Notes: generated by a model not told the origin, from the letters alone. Shown: positions 10,547 to 20,804, counted from the stretch's first letter. The stretch is DNA of 62,078 bases from an uncultured Alkaliphilus sp. (GCA_964626575.1 CAZVFS010000001.1:20736-82813), one strand, 5' to 3'. Translations and numbers: made by a program.

Positions 10547-11776
10547 CTATTTTAATAGTTTTTTAGAAAGCAAAATCCTGTCGCTTTCTTCTAGATTTTT
10601 TAATATTTCCGCCACTGTGTTGGTTTTTAGCTTATTTAAAATATCCAGTATCAATTGTTCCTCTGTGAATGTTATCTCTTCGGAATCATTCAAGATATGT
10701 TTTTGATATACTTCGTTTCTTCCCAGCATAGTCCCAACCATTTTCGTTAATTCTTCCGCATCCGTTTTTTGATATATGGCAGTTAATTCATTTAATTTTT
10801 TATCATACTCTTTATAAATTGTAATCCCCTTCATAATTATTGATGATGTGTTTTGCCTATCTTTTTGTAATTCCTCCAAATGATTGATTTCGTCCAATAC
10901 GGTCGATATAAAATTGTTGTCTTTGATATTAGATAGAATTTTGGATGATTTATTCAACGTTAAATTTTTAAAAATAAATGCAAGCTGTTCAACATCATAC
11001 TCATCGAAATTTCCCAGTTCGGCTACCGATTCTTCAATAGATTTGTTTTCATATATTGAAACCAGTTCCGACATTTTTATTTGATTATTCTCCAACTCCT
11101 TTAATTTTTTTTCTATATCCCTTAGGATTTCCTTTGGGAGTTTAAACTTTATCTGCCTTTCCAGTTCCGCGTCTAAATAAAACAGATACTCAGCTGCATG
11201 GCCAGGTTCTAATTTACTGAACAAACCGGCCAATTCGTCTGCTGTTATTTCGTTGGTAGCGTGTGTCCTTTCTATCTCTTGTATAGCCCCTGCAAGAGGT
11301 AAAGAGGCATAGTATTTTTGCATATTATGTATTTTTTCTTCATTTTCTTTATCTATTTCAGCCAGAACTCTACTCAATGAATTTTTTTTAAGTCCTGGGA
11401 CCGCTAAACTTTCTTTGACTTTTTTCATTTTATTCGTGTTTTCTTCGCTCATTAAAAGTACTAAATCATTGAACAGTTGTCCGTCTTCTCCCTTTGTAAT
11501 TAACAATTTATCAACAATGCGGTCTTCGTCAAGATTTATATAGTATCTTGCAATTTTCTTTTTAAGTTCTTCTTTTTCCTTTTTTGTAGGAATTGATTGA
11601 AAATAGCCTCCTGTTTTTCCGGGTAACCCGGACAAAAGCTTATTTGCATTGTCTTTAAACCCTTCGTTGCTAAAATATATAATAACAGTAACAATCAGGG
11701 GCAAGGAAATAAATGATATAAGCATAATAGATAGATTCTTGATAAAGGACCTATCTTTAAATTCCTCTTTGGTCAT
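10547..11776 (-). CDS. membrane-anchored coiled-coil flagellar-operon protein (YlxF/MotE-like, repeated MgtE_N-like helical segments)
   Basis: 409 aa with an N-terminal TM helix. Occupies the ylxF slot between fliJ and fliK. Family assignment is by position and repeat character only. Confidence 0.5.
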   Translation of the reverse strand: MTKEEFKDRSFIKNLSIMLISFISLPLIVTVIIYFSNEGFKDNANKLLSGLPGKTGGYFQSIPTKKEKEELKKKIARYYINLDEDRIVDKLLITKGEDGQLFNDLVLLMSEENTNKMKKVKESLAVPGLKKNSLSRVLAEIDKENEEKIHNMQKYYASLPLAGAIQEIERTHATNEITADELAGLFSKLEPGHAAEYLFYLDAELERQIKFKLPKEILRDIEKKLKELENNQIKMSELVSIYENKSIEESVAELGNFDEYDVEQLAFIFKNLTLNKSSKILSNIKDNNFISTVLDEINHLEELQKDRQNTSSIIMKGITIYKEYDKKLNELTAIYQKTDAEELTKMVGTMLGRNEVYQKHILNDSEEITFTEEQLILDILNKLKTNTVAEILKNLEESDRILLSKKLLK

Positions 11777-11786
11777 AATTTCCCCC

Positions 11787-12227
11787 TTATCTGCTTGCGG
11801 CTTTATAGCACACTATTTCGTCAGTCAAAGCATATTCCTCTTTTAGTCGGTTATATTTATGTTCTTCGTAATCTTTTTCCTTTAGCTTTTCAAAGACCTT
11901 TTTTTGTTTTGAAGCTTCTATTAGGTCTTTTCTTCTGTTTTCTGTTTCTAATTCCGATTGTTCTACTACTCCTATCTGTCTGCTTATTATGTTCTGCATC
12001 ATATCCAGATTGTAGGAAAGGTTTCTGAGTTCTTCAATTTTTATAGTGTTTTGCATCTTTTCTTCCAAGTTGTGGACCAGATCATCTTTTTTATAGAATA
12101 ATTTGTTCAATTTGTTTTGTTCAACTGCTAATTTCTGCATTGAAACACCGAGTTTGTTTTTTCTGTCATTTTCAATTTTTTCTTTAACATTTAATACCGT
12201 ATTGAACCGAAAAATAAACTTTTCCAT
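11787..12227 (-). CDS. fliJ: flagellar export chaperone FliJ
   Basis: 146-aa all-coiled-coil protein directly downstream of fliI. Confidence 0.75.
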   Translation of the reverse strand: MEKFIFRFNTVLNVKEKIENDRKNKLGVSMQKLAVEQNKLNKLFYKKDDLVHNLEEKMQNTIKIEELRNLSYNLDMMQNIISRQIGVVEQSELETENRRKDLIEASKQKKVFEKLKEKDYEEHKYNRLKEEYALTDEIVCYKAASR

Positions 12228-12237
12228 CGTTGCCCCC

Positions 12238-13551
12238 CTACCCGACTATCTGTTGCATAATGTCAATAGCTCCATCAAGAGTACTTTTTTGCTGTATGTC
12301 TTGTCTTAGAAATTCATTTATAGCATCAATTTTACTGATAGCTCCATCAATTTTTTTATTTGTTCCTTCCACGTATGCTCCTATATTGATTAAATCCTCT
12401 GATTCATTATATATGGATAACAGCTCTTTAATTTGATTAGATAATTGCAAGTGTTCTTCAGTGACCACATTTGGCATTACTCTGCTTACACTTGCCAGTA
12501 TGTCTATTGCAGGATAATGGTTCTTATTGGCAATCCTTCTGGATAAAACAATATGCCCGTCTAATATTCCGCGCACAGTGTCGGATATAGGCTCATTCAT
12601 ATCATCGCCATCTACGAGGATAGTGTATAGCCCTGTTATAGAACCTTTATCAGATGTTCCCGACCTCTCTAACAATTTAGGAAGCAAGGCAAAAACCGAA
12701 GGGGTATATCCTCTGGTTACAGGAGGTTCTCCAATAGCTAATCCTATCTCTCTTTGGGCCATAGAAAATCTGGTTAAGGAATCCATCATCAGTATTACAT
12801 TTTTCCCCTGGTCTCTGAAATATTCTGCTATAGATGTAGCTAATAACGCACCTTTCGTTCGTATAAGAGCAGGTTGGTCTGATGTCGCTACTACCAGGAC
12901 AGATCTTTTCAACCCCTCTTCCTGTAAATCATTTTCTATAAATTCCCTAACTTCTCTGCCACGTTCACCTATCAATCCTATAACATTTATATCTGCTTGC
13001 GTATTTCTCGCTATCATTCCTAGTAATGTACTTTTCCCAACGCCACTGCCTGAAAATATGCCTATTCTTTGCCCGTTACCGCAAGTTAATAATCCGTCAA
13101 TTGCTTTGATTCCTAATGCCAAAGGTTCTCTTATTTTAGTACGAAGCAGGGGATTTGGCGGCAACGACATAACCGGGTAAGTCTTTTTATTGCCTAAAAG
13201 TCCTTTATTGTCTATTGGATTTCCCAAACCGTCTAAAACACGTCCAAGAAGTGTCTCTCCAACATTTACTTGTAACGTAGCATCCAATGCCTCAACTTTG
13301 CTTCCCGGACCGATACCCTCCATTTCACCCAGGGGCATGAGTAAGACCCTCTTTTCCTTAAAACCAACAACCTCCGCTAATATAGGCTTTGACCCTTTTA
13401 GTGTGTATATTTTGCATATTTCACCTATTTTTACAGCAGGGCCTATGGATTCAATGGTCAGTCCAATTATTTGTGACACGTGTCCTATATATTTTATTAA
13501 ATTTAAATTTGAAAGCGCGTCTTCATATTTTTTCAATGAAATAGTTTGCAT
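12238..13551 (-). CDS. fliI: flagellum-specific ATPase FliI
   Basis: Walker A GSGVGKST and Walker B VILMMDSLTRF. F1/T3SS ATPase family. Confidence 0.95.
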   Translation of the reverse strand: MQTISLKKYEDALSNLNLIKYIGHVSQIIGLTIESIGPAVKIGEICKIYTLKGSKPILAEVVGFKEKRVLLMPLGEMEGIGPGSKVEALDATLQVNVGETLLGRVLDGLGNPIDNKGLLGNKKTYPVMSLPPNPLLRTKIREPLALGIKAIDGLLTCGNGQRIGIFSGSGVGKSTLLGMIARNTQADINVIGLIGERGREVREFIENDLQEEGLKRSVLVVATSDQPALIRTKGALLATSIAEYFRDQGKNVILMMDSLTRFSMAQREIGLAIGEPPVTRGYTPSVFALLPKLLERSGTSDKGSITGLYTILVDGDDMNEPISDTVRGILDGHIVLSRRIANKNHYPAIDILASVSRVMPNVVTEEHLQLSNQIKELLSIYNESEDLINIGAYVEGTNKKIDGAISKIDAINEFLRQDIQQKSTLDGAIDIMQQIVG

Positions 13552-13555
13552 TACA

Positions 13556-14338
13556 TCACTCGCCCTCTAAAACGCCATAAAACATTTGTTCAATTTGTGT
13601 TATTTGAGTTTGAAGACTTGCATCTACTGTCCCTGAAACTGTTTCAATTATAATGCTGCTGTCTTCGAGCGCAGGATCTTTTTTAATCTCTATATTATCG
13701 ATTCCTTCTGTCATTATGTATATTTTATCCTTATATAGATTTACCACTTCATAATCATTTTCGCTTACACGGACAATTAAACTGTTTGTATATGTGCATT
13801 TTTCTATGCCATTTTCAACAAGATTTAGCAGTAATCTATGATCCGCATCTAATTCGTAATTTATAATTTTTCTAACACAAGAAATTATAAGTCCTATTAT
13901 TTGTTCTTCTAATTCTTTAGCAATGGTTTTCTTTTCAGATAGTATATTTTGTTTTATCTGTTTAACTTCTCCTATTAAATTATCGACTGTTTTTAACCCT
14001 GCCTCCTGTCCCTCCAGGACACCTTGCTCGTATCCCTTTTCCCTTGCATTTTCTAAAACTTTGTTGCTTTCCTCATAGGCTTCGGAAATAACAAGGTTCT
14101 GTTCTGTTTGGGTTCTGCTAATTATTTCATCGCGTTCTATTTCTGCGGCCTTTATAATTGCTTCTGCTCGTGCCTCAGCTTCATCGATAATCATCTGTGG
14201 ACTTTTAGTATCTGGTTGATGTTTTTCTTTGTTTTCGGGAATCTCACCCGTATCAAACCCAATTACATGTTTACTCTTAAGTTTAATTATCTTTTCCTCA
14301 CCCAAAACAATCTTGTCCCGTTTATAAACCCTAGACAA
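13556..14338 (-). CDS. fliH: flagellar assembly protein FliH
   Basis: 260 aa with an E/A-rich coiled coil plus a FliH C-terminal domain. Lies between fliG and fliI. Confidence 0.75.
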   Translation of the reverse strand: MSRVYKRDKIVLGEEKIIKLKSKHVIGFDTGEIPENKEKHQPDTKSPQMIIDEAEARAEAIIKAAEIERDEIISRTQTEQNLVISEAYEESNKVLENAREKGYEQGVLEGQEAGLKTVDNLIGEVKQIKQNILSEKKTIAKELEEQIIGLIISCVRKIINYELDADHRLLLNLVENGIEKCTYTNSLIVRVSENDYEVVNLYKDKIYIMTEGIDNIEIKKDPALEDSSIIIETVSGTVDASLQTQITQIEQMFYGVLEGE

Positions 14339-15350
14339 TTATTTCATCCCCTCCGCCACGGGAAATAATAATTTCCCCTGCCTCTTCCAATATCCTGATG
14401 GCATTGACGACTTTTTGTTGTGCTTCTTCTACATCTCTCAATCTAACCGGCCCCATAAAATCCATATCTTCTTTTATCATTTCTACCATACGCTTTGACA
14501 TATTAGCATAAATTACATCTGCAACCTCCTCTGTTGCACCCTTTAGGGCTACTGCCAATTCCTTGTTGTCAATTTCTCTAATAAATCTTTGGATGGATGT
14601 ACTATCCAAACCGATAATATCTTCAAATACAAACATTCTTTTTCTGATTTCTTCTGCTAATTCCACATCCTCAATCTCCAAGGTATCCATAATATTTTTT
14701 TCTGTTCCCCTATCAACAGAATTAAGTATATCAACAATAGCCTGTATACCCCCCGCTGTCGTATAGTCTTGGTTTACTAAGGATGAAAGCTTACTTTCCA
14801 ACACAGTCTCAATCTCCCTGATTACTTCCGGTGAAGTTCTATCCATAGTGGCTATTCTCCGAGCTACATCCGACTGTTTATCTTGGGGCAAAGCAGACAG
14901 TATTTGGGACGACTGTGAAGAAGATAAATATGCAAGTATCAGTGCTATAGTCTGAGGATGTTCATTTTGGATAAAGTTTAACAATTGACTCGGATCAGTT
15001 TTCCTGGCAAAATCAAACGGTTTTACCTGCAAGGAAGCTGTTAATTTACTGATTATATCCATAGCTTTTTGAGTTCCTAGAGCCTTTTCCAATACGTCTT
15101 TAGCATAATTAATACCGCCTTCGGAAATATATTCCTGTGCTAAACATACTTCATAAAACTCATTTAGAACCTTATCCTTTTCCTCCGGGGGGACTTTCCT
15201 CATGTTGGCAATTTCCAACGTTAGCTCCTCTATCTCTTCGTCGTTTAAATGTTTGAAAATTTGGGCAGAATATTCAGGTCCCAAACTGATTAGTAAAACA
15301 GCGGCTTTTTCTTTGCCGGTAATACCCCCTTTAAGTGGTCTCTGCGCCAT
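14331..15350 (-). CDS. fliG: flagellar motor switch protein FliG
   Basis: FliG motifs (GKEKAAVLLISLGPEYSAQIFKHL; MFVFEDI; torque-helix region). Start at 15350 has GGGGTGA upstream; the longest ORF starts at 15371. Confidence 0.9.
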   Translation of the reverse strand: MAQRPLKGGITGKEKAAVLLISLGPEYSAQIFKHLNDEEIEELTLEIANMRKVPPEEKDKVLNEFYEVCLAQEYISEGGINYAKDVLEKALGTQKAMDIISKLTASLQVKPFDFARKTDPSQLLNFIQNEHPQTIALILAYLSSSQSSQILSALPQDKQSDVARRIATMDRTSPEVIREIETVLESKLSSLVNQDYTTAGGIQAIVDILNSVDRGTEKNIMDTLEIEDVELAEEIRKRMFVFEDIIGLDSTSIQRFIREIDNKELAVALKGATEEVADVIYANMSKRMVEMIKEDMDFMGPVRLRDVEEAQQKVVNAIRILEEAGEIIISRGGGDEIIV

Positions 15351-15360
15351 ATCTTCACCC

Positions 15361-16914
15361 CTAATCTTCACTCAACCAATTTTTTAAAAGTTGTGCAACA
15401 GCATCCGGTTTTTTATCAACAAGTTGCTCAATTTGCTGTTTAACTTGTGATCCTGCCAATTCAAGGTCTATTTCCTCCATTGGCTCAGGAACTTTCATTT
15501 CTTCCACAGATTCCATAGCCTCTCCTTCGGATTGTTTCCTTTTACTTATTATGAAATATGCAGCAGCTACAGCACCCAAAACTATTGCTAATGCAACACC
15601 TGTTATAATGCCTTTATTGTTCTGCCAAAATGAATCCTTTGGTGGTGTTTCGTCATCCACAACAGAAATTTCATTAAATTGTTGGATACTTACTTGTACA
15701 ACCTTTGTGTCCAACCCGGCTGCCGCCGAAATGGTATTCTCCAAATCTTTTTTTTCTTCCCTAGTCAGATCCCCGTCTTTCAAGGAAGCACTATTTAAGA
15801 ACACGGCTACTGTAACATCTTTCACCTGGCCTTGGGCTTTCACTATCTTTTTATATAACTCATTAATTTCATAATTAATAGTTTTACTTGCTTCAGAATA
15901 TGTCGAGTAATCCTCATCCTCTTCTACATATTGTGGTATTTCATCCCCTGGATTGGTATCGGTACCGGGTTCGCCACCAATACCGCCATTTATTACGTTT
16001 TGGCTTAACTCCTGCAAACTCCTGGGTATACCTGTGGTTTCATCGGCAATTGGCGGGGCAAATTCCCTTATTTCGGTCACTTCACTATCAAAATCTAACT
16101 TAACATTTACCATGACTACCACATTTCCATAACCATAAACACTAGATAAGAAATTGGTTATACTGCGTTCCAGTTCGTTTTTCACATTTTGCTGTAGGGC
16201 CATATTGTTATCAGAACTGAAAATATCCGAATTTTTTTGCGGGTTTTCATTTAACACCTTGCCATCATTTCCATGTATGGTTACATTTTCCGGCGACAGA
16301 CCCTCCACTGCATTCGAAACCAAAATAGCAATACCATTTATACTTTTGCTGTCTAAAACGGCATTGCCTTCTAAATTAAGTGTTACCGATGCCTTTGCTA
16401 AATTTTCGTTGTCCCTGAGAACAAAGCCGGTTTTTTCGGGGATAGCTAATGTCACATCGGCCCTCTTAATTCCCTGCATTTCTCCTATTATACCGGCTAA
16501 ATAGTTTTGAAGTGCACATATATAACGTTTGGATCTGTCCTCACTTGTGAGCATAAATGAACTGCCGGAGAATGCATCTTCAAAAGAAAACCTCGGTGAT
16601 GGCAATCCCTGGGTAGCTACTACTACCTGTGCTTTTTTTTCATCCTTTTTAGGTACTAAAACGGTTCCGCTTGTTTTACCTATTTTGGCTCTTATATTAT
16701 TTGACTCCAATGTATCTATAATTGCACCTGTTTGTTGTGGTTCAAGATTTCTGTACAGTTCTATGTAATCTGTTCGTGTAAAATATAAAATTAGTCCTGT
16801 TAATACTAATACCGCGAGGGCTGTTGACGAAAGCAGAATAATTTTTTGTTTTTTTTCAAGTTTCTGAAAATAATCGTTTAATTTGTCCTTCACCTGGCTT
16901 AGGGATTCCGACAT
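15361..16914 (-). CDS. fliF: flagellar MS-ring protein FliF
   Basis: 517 aa with N- and C-terminal TM helices and a YscJ/FliF ring domain. Confidence 0.9.
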   Translation of the reverse strand: MSESLSQVKDKLNDYFQKLEKKQKIILLSSTALAVLVLTGLILYFTRTDYIELYRNLEPQQTGAIIDTLESNNIRAKIGKTSGTVLVPKKDEKKAQVVVATQGLPSPRFSFEDAFSGSSFMLTSEDRSKRYICALQNYLAGIIGEMQGIKRADVTLAIPEKTGFVLRDNENLAKASVTLNLEGNAVLDSKSINGIAILVSNAVEGLSPENVTIHGNDGKVLNENPQKNSDIFSSDNNMALQQNVKNELERSITNFLSSVYGYGNVVVMVNVKLDFDSEVTEIREFAPPIADETTGIPRSLQELSQNVINGGIGGEPGTDTNPGDEIPQYVEEDEDYSTYSEASKTINYEINELYKKIVKAQGQVKDVTVAVFLNSASLKDGDLTREEKKDLENTISAAAGLDTKVVQVSIQQFNEISVVDDETPPKDSFWQNNKGIITGVALAIVLGAVAAAYFIISKRKQSEGEAMESVEEMKVPEPMEEIDLELAGSQVKQQIEQLVDKKPDAVAQLLKNWLSED

Positions 16915-16938
16915 TGATTCACCTCTTTTCTGCTATAA

Positions 16939-17241
16939 TTAAATCTGCATTCGCATTATTTCCCTATAGGCATCTAATATTTTATTTCGAATTTGCATAG
17001 TTAATTGGAGGGCAATGTCGGCTTTTTGGGTTGCAATCATGGCTTCATGTATATTTTCTAATTGACCTGTTGCTATCTTTAGATCATACTGTCTGGCATC
17101 TTCTTCAAGCAAATTTACTTTTTCTATTGATTCTCTCAAAAATGCAGAAAAAGATACCGCATTTCCTGACAGACCTTCAGAAAAACCTTCTGTGAACCCT
17201 GTTCTGATATTGTTAAACCCTTCGGGGTTGTTAATTTTCAT
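16939..17241 (-). CDS. fliE: flagellar hook-basal body protein FliE
   Basis: 100 aa with a C-terminal FliE motif (HEAMIATQKADIALQLTMQIRNKILDAYREIMRMQI). Confidence 0.85.
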   Translation of the reverse strand: MKINNPEGFNNIRTGFTEGFSEGLSGNAVSFSAFLRESIEKVNLLEEDARQYDLKIATGQLENIHEAMIATQKADIALQLTMQIRNKILDAYREIMRMQI

Positions 17242-17255
17242 TATGGGTCTCTCCT

Positions 17256-17699
17256 TTACTTACCAATTTCCAAGGCCTTGAGTGCCATTGCTTTTGTTCC
17301 ATTTATTGCAGTAATATTTGCCTCGTAGGCCCTCGACGCAGATATCAGATTGGCCATCTCCAGTACTATATCTACATTGGGCATCAGGACATAACCATCT
17401 TTATCAGCATCAGGATGCCCCGGATCATAAATTCTTTTAAAGGGGGAGGGATCATTTTGAATTGAAGTTACTTCCACTCCTGTCAAATTTAACTCTTGCC
17501 CTTTTGCACGTTTAAAGTGTTCAAAGAAAGTCATGTTTTTATCCCCGGTTTTAAACGTAACTACCTGCCTTTTATAAGGGGTACCGTTAACTGTCTTTGT
17601 TGTATCGGCATTAGCTATATTTTTAGAAATTATATCCATCCTCAATCTCTCTGCAGTCAGTCCGGATGCACTGATATTGATCGAATTAAAAATTGACAT
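17256..17699 (-). CDS. flgC: flagellar basal-body rod protein FlgC
   Basis: N-terminal SASGLTAERLRMDIISKNIANADT and C-terminal MANLISASRAYEANITAI. Confidence 0.9.
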   Translation of the reverse strand: MSIFNSINISASGLTAERLRMDIISKNIANADTTKTVNGTPYKRQVVTFKTGDKNMTFFEHFKRAKGQELNLTGVEVTSIQNDPSPFKRIYDPGHPDADKDGYVLMPNVDIVLEMANLISASRAYEANITAINGTKAMALKALEIGK

Positions 17700-17705
17700 T
17701 AATAG

Positions 17706-18101
17706 CTACCTCCCCTCGTTTATGATAAATTTAATTCTTTGGAAGTTACTTTGTATTTTACTGGCCAGGGTATTATAAATAATTTCATTTTTAGCCCTTT
17801 CTGCCATTTCTACGTCAATATCCACATTGTTCATATCCATTCTGGTACTGAAATTATTTTCAGTTTTTATTTTATATTTAACATCATTGATATCTACGTT
17901 ATTTATACGTATATGCCCCGGATTTGTAATAACACCTTTCAACTTCCCGCCATTGAGCTGTTCTTTTAAAATTTCCTCAAACAGTACTGTTGATTTTTTA
18001 AAATTAGGTGTTTCCGCATTAGCGATATTGTTTGCAATTACCTCGTCACGTTTCCACGAAGCATCTAAAGCCTTTGTTAGAAAATCTATGTTACCATACA
18101 T
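17706..18101 (-). CDS. flgB: flagellar basal-body rod protein FlgB
   Basis: N-terminal rod motif (ALDASWKRDEVIANNIANAETPNFK). GGAGG lies 8 nt upstream of the ATG. First gene of the operon. Confidence 0.9.
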   Translation of the reverse strand: MYGNIDFLTKALDASWKRDEVIANNIANAETPNFKKSTVLFEEILKEQLNGGKLKGVITNPGHIRINNVDINDVKYKIKTENNFSTRMDMNNVDIDVEMAERAKNEIIYNTLASKIQSNFQRIKFIINEGR

Positions 18102-18138
18102 TTTATACCTCCGCCGACAGTTTTTTCATATTAACTCA

Positions 18139-18147
18139 ATTATATCA
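18139..18147 (-). promoter_or_regulatory. candidate proximal extended -10 promoter (TGATATAAT) about 38 nt upstream of the flgB ATG
   Basis: Minus strand reads TGATATAAT. No good -35 hexamer is present. Confidence 0.35.
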
Positions 18148-18468
18148 CATTTTTTGACAACAATAAGAACTTTCCAAATATATATTTGCCGATTCGGACA
18201 ATACGTTATATGTTTAGCGAATTAAATGTTGTTTTATGTCGGTTCTTGTCTGTAGTTAAGTATTTGACAAAATAAACTAATTTCCTGCCCTATCTATTAT
18301 ATTTTAATTTTCGGGACTAAATTACTATATATAATAATATAGTATGTAATGGGTTACTCATACGGCATCGGATACTTGAATTATACCTTAATTAATTTGT
18401 TCTATGGTGCTGTAATACCAGTGGTCCTAGTTGCCCTACTCTTTAGAAGTGACCAATTACTTACCAAG

Positions 18469-18497
18469 ATTATAGTATAAAAGTACCACCATGTCAA
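18469..18497 (-). promoter_or_regulatory. perfect consensus sigma-A promoter (TTGACA-17 nt-TATAAT), about 368 nt upstream of flgB
   Basis: Minus strand reads TTGACA TGGTGGTACTTTTATAC TATAAT. -35 at 18492-18497 and -10 at 18469-18474. Confidence 0.6.
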
Positions 18498-18571
18498 CTA
18501 TTAGTTTTTTTGGCAAATACATGTACAACTTTGGCTAAATATGTATATATATATTGTAAAATGCACCTTAC

Positions 18572-18622
18572 AAAAAATAAACAAAAAGATTTCCCAAATC
18601 AATTTAGAAAATCTTTTTGTTT
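18572..18622 (-). terminator. candidate topA terminator (AT-rich 14-bp perfect inverted repeat plus T-tract)
   Basis: AAACAAAAAGATTT (18579-18592) pairs perfectly with AAATCTTTTTGTTT (18609-18622), with a 16-nt loop. TTTTTT follows on the minus strand (18572-18577). The stem is weak because it is AT-rich. Confidence 0.35.
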
Positions 18623-18722
18623 ACTCCTATAGACTATATTGCTTTTATATCGGGCCGGGTCTTGTGCCCCTTTTTCTTGAAATTTCGAATGCTAATTATG
18701 CAATATTTATAAAAACTGTTGA

Positions 18723-20804
18723 CTAGGGCTGGCCTTCAACTTTTTCTTCATATTTACAATCCCTATTACTACATACTATTTTGTCACCTTTTTTGCCTCT
18801 CTTGTATACCAATACACCTTCACATTGTGGACATTTTTTATCTACAGGTCTGCTCCATGATACAAATTTACATTGTGGAAAGTTACTGCAACCATAAAAC
18901 AATCTGCCCTTTTTAGAGCGCCTTTCTATTATATCCCCGTCTTTGCATTGTGGACATTTTACACCGATTTTATGAAGAAAGGGCTTGGTTTCATCACACT
19001 CAGGGTAATTAGAACAAGCCAAAAATTTGCCATATCTGCCATGCTTGATCAACATAACAGCACCACATTTTTTACAGTTTTCATCACTTTCTTCCACTAA
19101 GTCAACCTGCTCCATATGTTCCTCGGCATTGGCCAGCATTTTATAAAATGTGCTGTAAAATTCTGAAATGAGCTTTTTCCAATCATATCCGTCTTCTTCT
19201 ATGTTGTCCAATTGTTCTTCTAAATTAGCCGTAAAATTGACATTTATGATTTCAATAAAATATTCCACCAATATTTCGTTTATAATATATCCCAGCTCTG
19301 TGGCAACAAGATTTTTGCCTTCCTTCTCGACATATCCCCTGGCAAGTATCGTAGATATAGTTGGAGAGTAGGTGCTAGGCCTGCCTATTCCAAGCTCTTC
19401 CATAGTTTTTACTAAAGATGCCTCCGTATATCTGGGTGGCGGTTGGGTAAAATGTTGTTTTGGTAACTTTTCAATTATGTTTATTATATCTCCTTTCTGT
19501 AAACCGGGTAAATCTACATCTTCCGATACATTCGAATAACTATATATCCTTAAAAATCCATCAAATCTTAACATGGAGCCGGTAGCTCTAAACATAATTC
19601 CGTTCACCTGAAGATCCACAGATAAGGTATCATATAATGCCGGGGCCATCTGGCTTGCCACATATCGTTCCCATATTAACTTATATAACAAATATTGGTC
19701 TCTGGTTAACGAAGATTTGATAATGTCGGGATGCCTACCAATATCTGTAGGCCTTATAGCCTCATGTGCATCCTGTACGGTTTTCTTTTTTGTGCTTACT
19801 TTTCTTGCAGATTTCTTTTTTGCATATTGTTTACCCAGATTTTCCATAATATATTGTTCCAGAATTTCCATAGCTTCATCCGATACCCTGGTAGAATCGG
19901 TTCTGATATACGTAACAAGGCCTACAGTCCCCGCCTTTTTTAAATCTATACCTTCATATAATTGTTGTGCCAGGGACATCGTTTTTCTGGTGGGAAAACC
20001 TAACCTATTAGCAGCCTCCTGTTGAAGTGTACTTGTGGTGAAGGGTAACCCGGGACTTCGCCTCTTTTGACCTTTTTTGATATCTGTAACAACTAAGGTA
20101 CTGTCTCCAATAACGTCTAAAATTCTATTCATTTCTTTTTCTGTGTGTATATCTTTATTTCCTGACTCGTCGGCATAGAATTTGGCCTCGAATTTTTCCT
20201 TTTTGTCGTTTTCTACCTTTAGAGTTAAACTCCAATATTCCTCCGGTTTAAAATTTTTAATTTCTTCTTCTCTATCTATAATGAGCTTTGTAGCTACAGA
20301 CTGTACCCTACCGGCACTGAGCCCCTTCCTGACATTTTTCCAAAGAAGGGGACTGATTTTGTACCCCACCAATCTGTCTAAAACCCTTCTCGCCTGCTGT
20401 GCATCTACCAAATTGCGATTAATAGACCTCGGCTTTTTTATCGCATTTTTAATAGCATTTTTGGTGATTTCGTTAAATTCTATTCTGCAAGGGTCTTCTT
20501 CTTGTATCCCCAAGGCCCTCGCTAAATGCCACGAAATAGCCTCACCTTCCCGATCCGGGTCGGTTGCCAGGTAGATTTTTTTCGATTTCTTTGCCAGGGC
20601 TTTAATTTCACTGAGTATCGGCCCTTTGCCTCGTATAGTGATATACTGTGGTTCAAAATTATTATCTATATCAACCCCAAGTTTACTTTTAGGCAAATCA
20701 ATAACATGTCCAACAGATGCTTTTACAACATAATTCTTTCCCAGAAATTTCTCTATTGTTTTTGCTTTTGCCGGTGACTCTACAATTACCAGGGATTTTG
20801 CCAC
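18723..20804 (-). CDS. topA: DNA topoisomerase I (type IA) with three C-terminal C4 zinc ribbons
   Basis: TOPRIM N-terminus (LVIVESPAKAKTIEKFLG; DPDREGEAISWH), active-site region (YIRTDSTR), and three CxxC...CxxC modules at the C-terminus. Confidence 0.95.
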   Translation of the reverse strand: MAKSLVIVESPAKAKTIEKFLGKNYVVKASVGHVIDLPKSKLGVDIDNNFEPQYITIRGKGPILSEIKALAKKSKKIYLATDPDREGEAISWHLARALGIQEEDPCRIEFNEITKNAIKNAIKKPRSINRNLVDAQQARRVLDRLVGYKISPLLWKNVRKGLSAGRVQSVATKLIIDREEEIKNFKPEEYWSLTLKVENDKKEKFEAKFYADESGNKDIHTEKEMNRILDVIGDSTLVVTDIKKGQKRRSPGLPFTTSTLQQEAANRLGFPTRKTMSLAQQLYEGIDLKKAGTVGLVTYIRTDSTRVSDEAMEILEQYIMENLGKQYAKKKSARKVSTKKKTVQDAHEAIRPTDIGRHPDIIKSSLTRDQYLLYKLIWERYVASQMAPALYDTLSVDLQVNGIMFRATGSMLRFDGFLRIYSYSNVSEDVDLPGLQKGDIINIIEKLPKQHFTQPPPRYTEASLVKTMEELGIGRPSTYSPTISTILARGYVEKEGKNLVATELGYIINEILVEYFIEIINVNFTANLEEQLDNIEEDGYDWKKLISEFYSTFYKMLANAEEHMEQVDLVEESDENCKKCGAVMLIKHGRYGKFLACSNYPECDETKPFLHKIGVKCPQCKDGDIIERRSKKGRLFYGCSNFPQCKFVSWSRPVDKKCPQCEGVLVYKRGKKGDKIVCSNRDCKYEEKVEGQP

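Noticed and set aside
12527-13180. 217-aa plus-strand ORF antisense to fliI. Similar long antisense ORFs occur at 24940-25653, 28752-29273, 35705-36205, 36503-37069 and 23187-23669.
   Set aside because: Each lies entirely inside a well-supported minus-strand housekeeping gene. Their compositions are Ser/Pro/Ile-rich and low-complexity, typical of the reverse frame of AT-rich coding DNA, and none has a recognisable motif or RBS.
18102-18470. c-di-GMP (GEMM-I) riboswitch or invertible flagellar switch in the flgB leader
   Set aside because: I read the minus-strand leader by eye. I found neither the conserved GEMM core (e.g. ACGCAAAGC with a paired GGCAAACC context) nor flanking inverted repeats of 15 nt or more. 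Only AT-rich local palindromes are present.
18541-18916. Small plus-strand ORFs (61 and 65 aa) at the topA 3' end and intergenic region
   Set aside because: They have no RBS and hydrophobic low-complexity translations. One overlaps the topA coding sequence and the other the predicted terminator.
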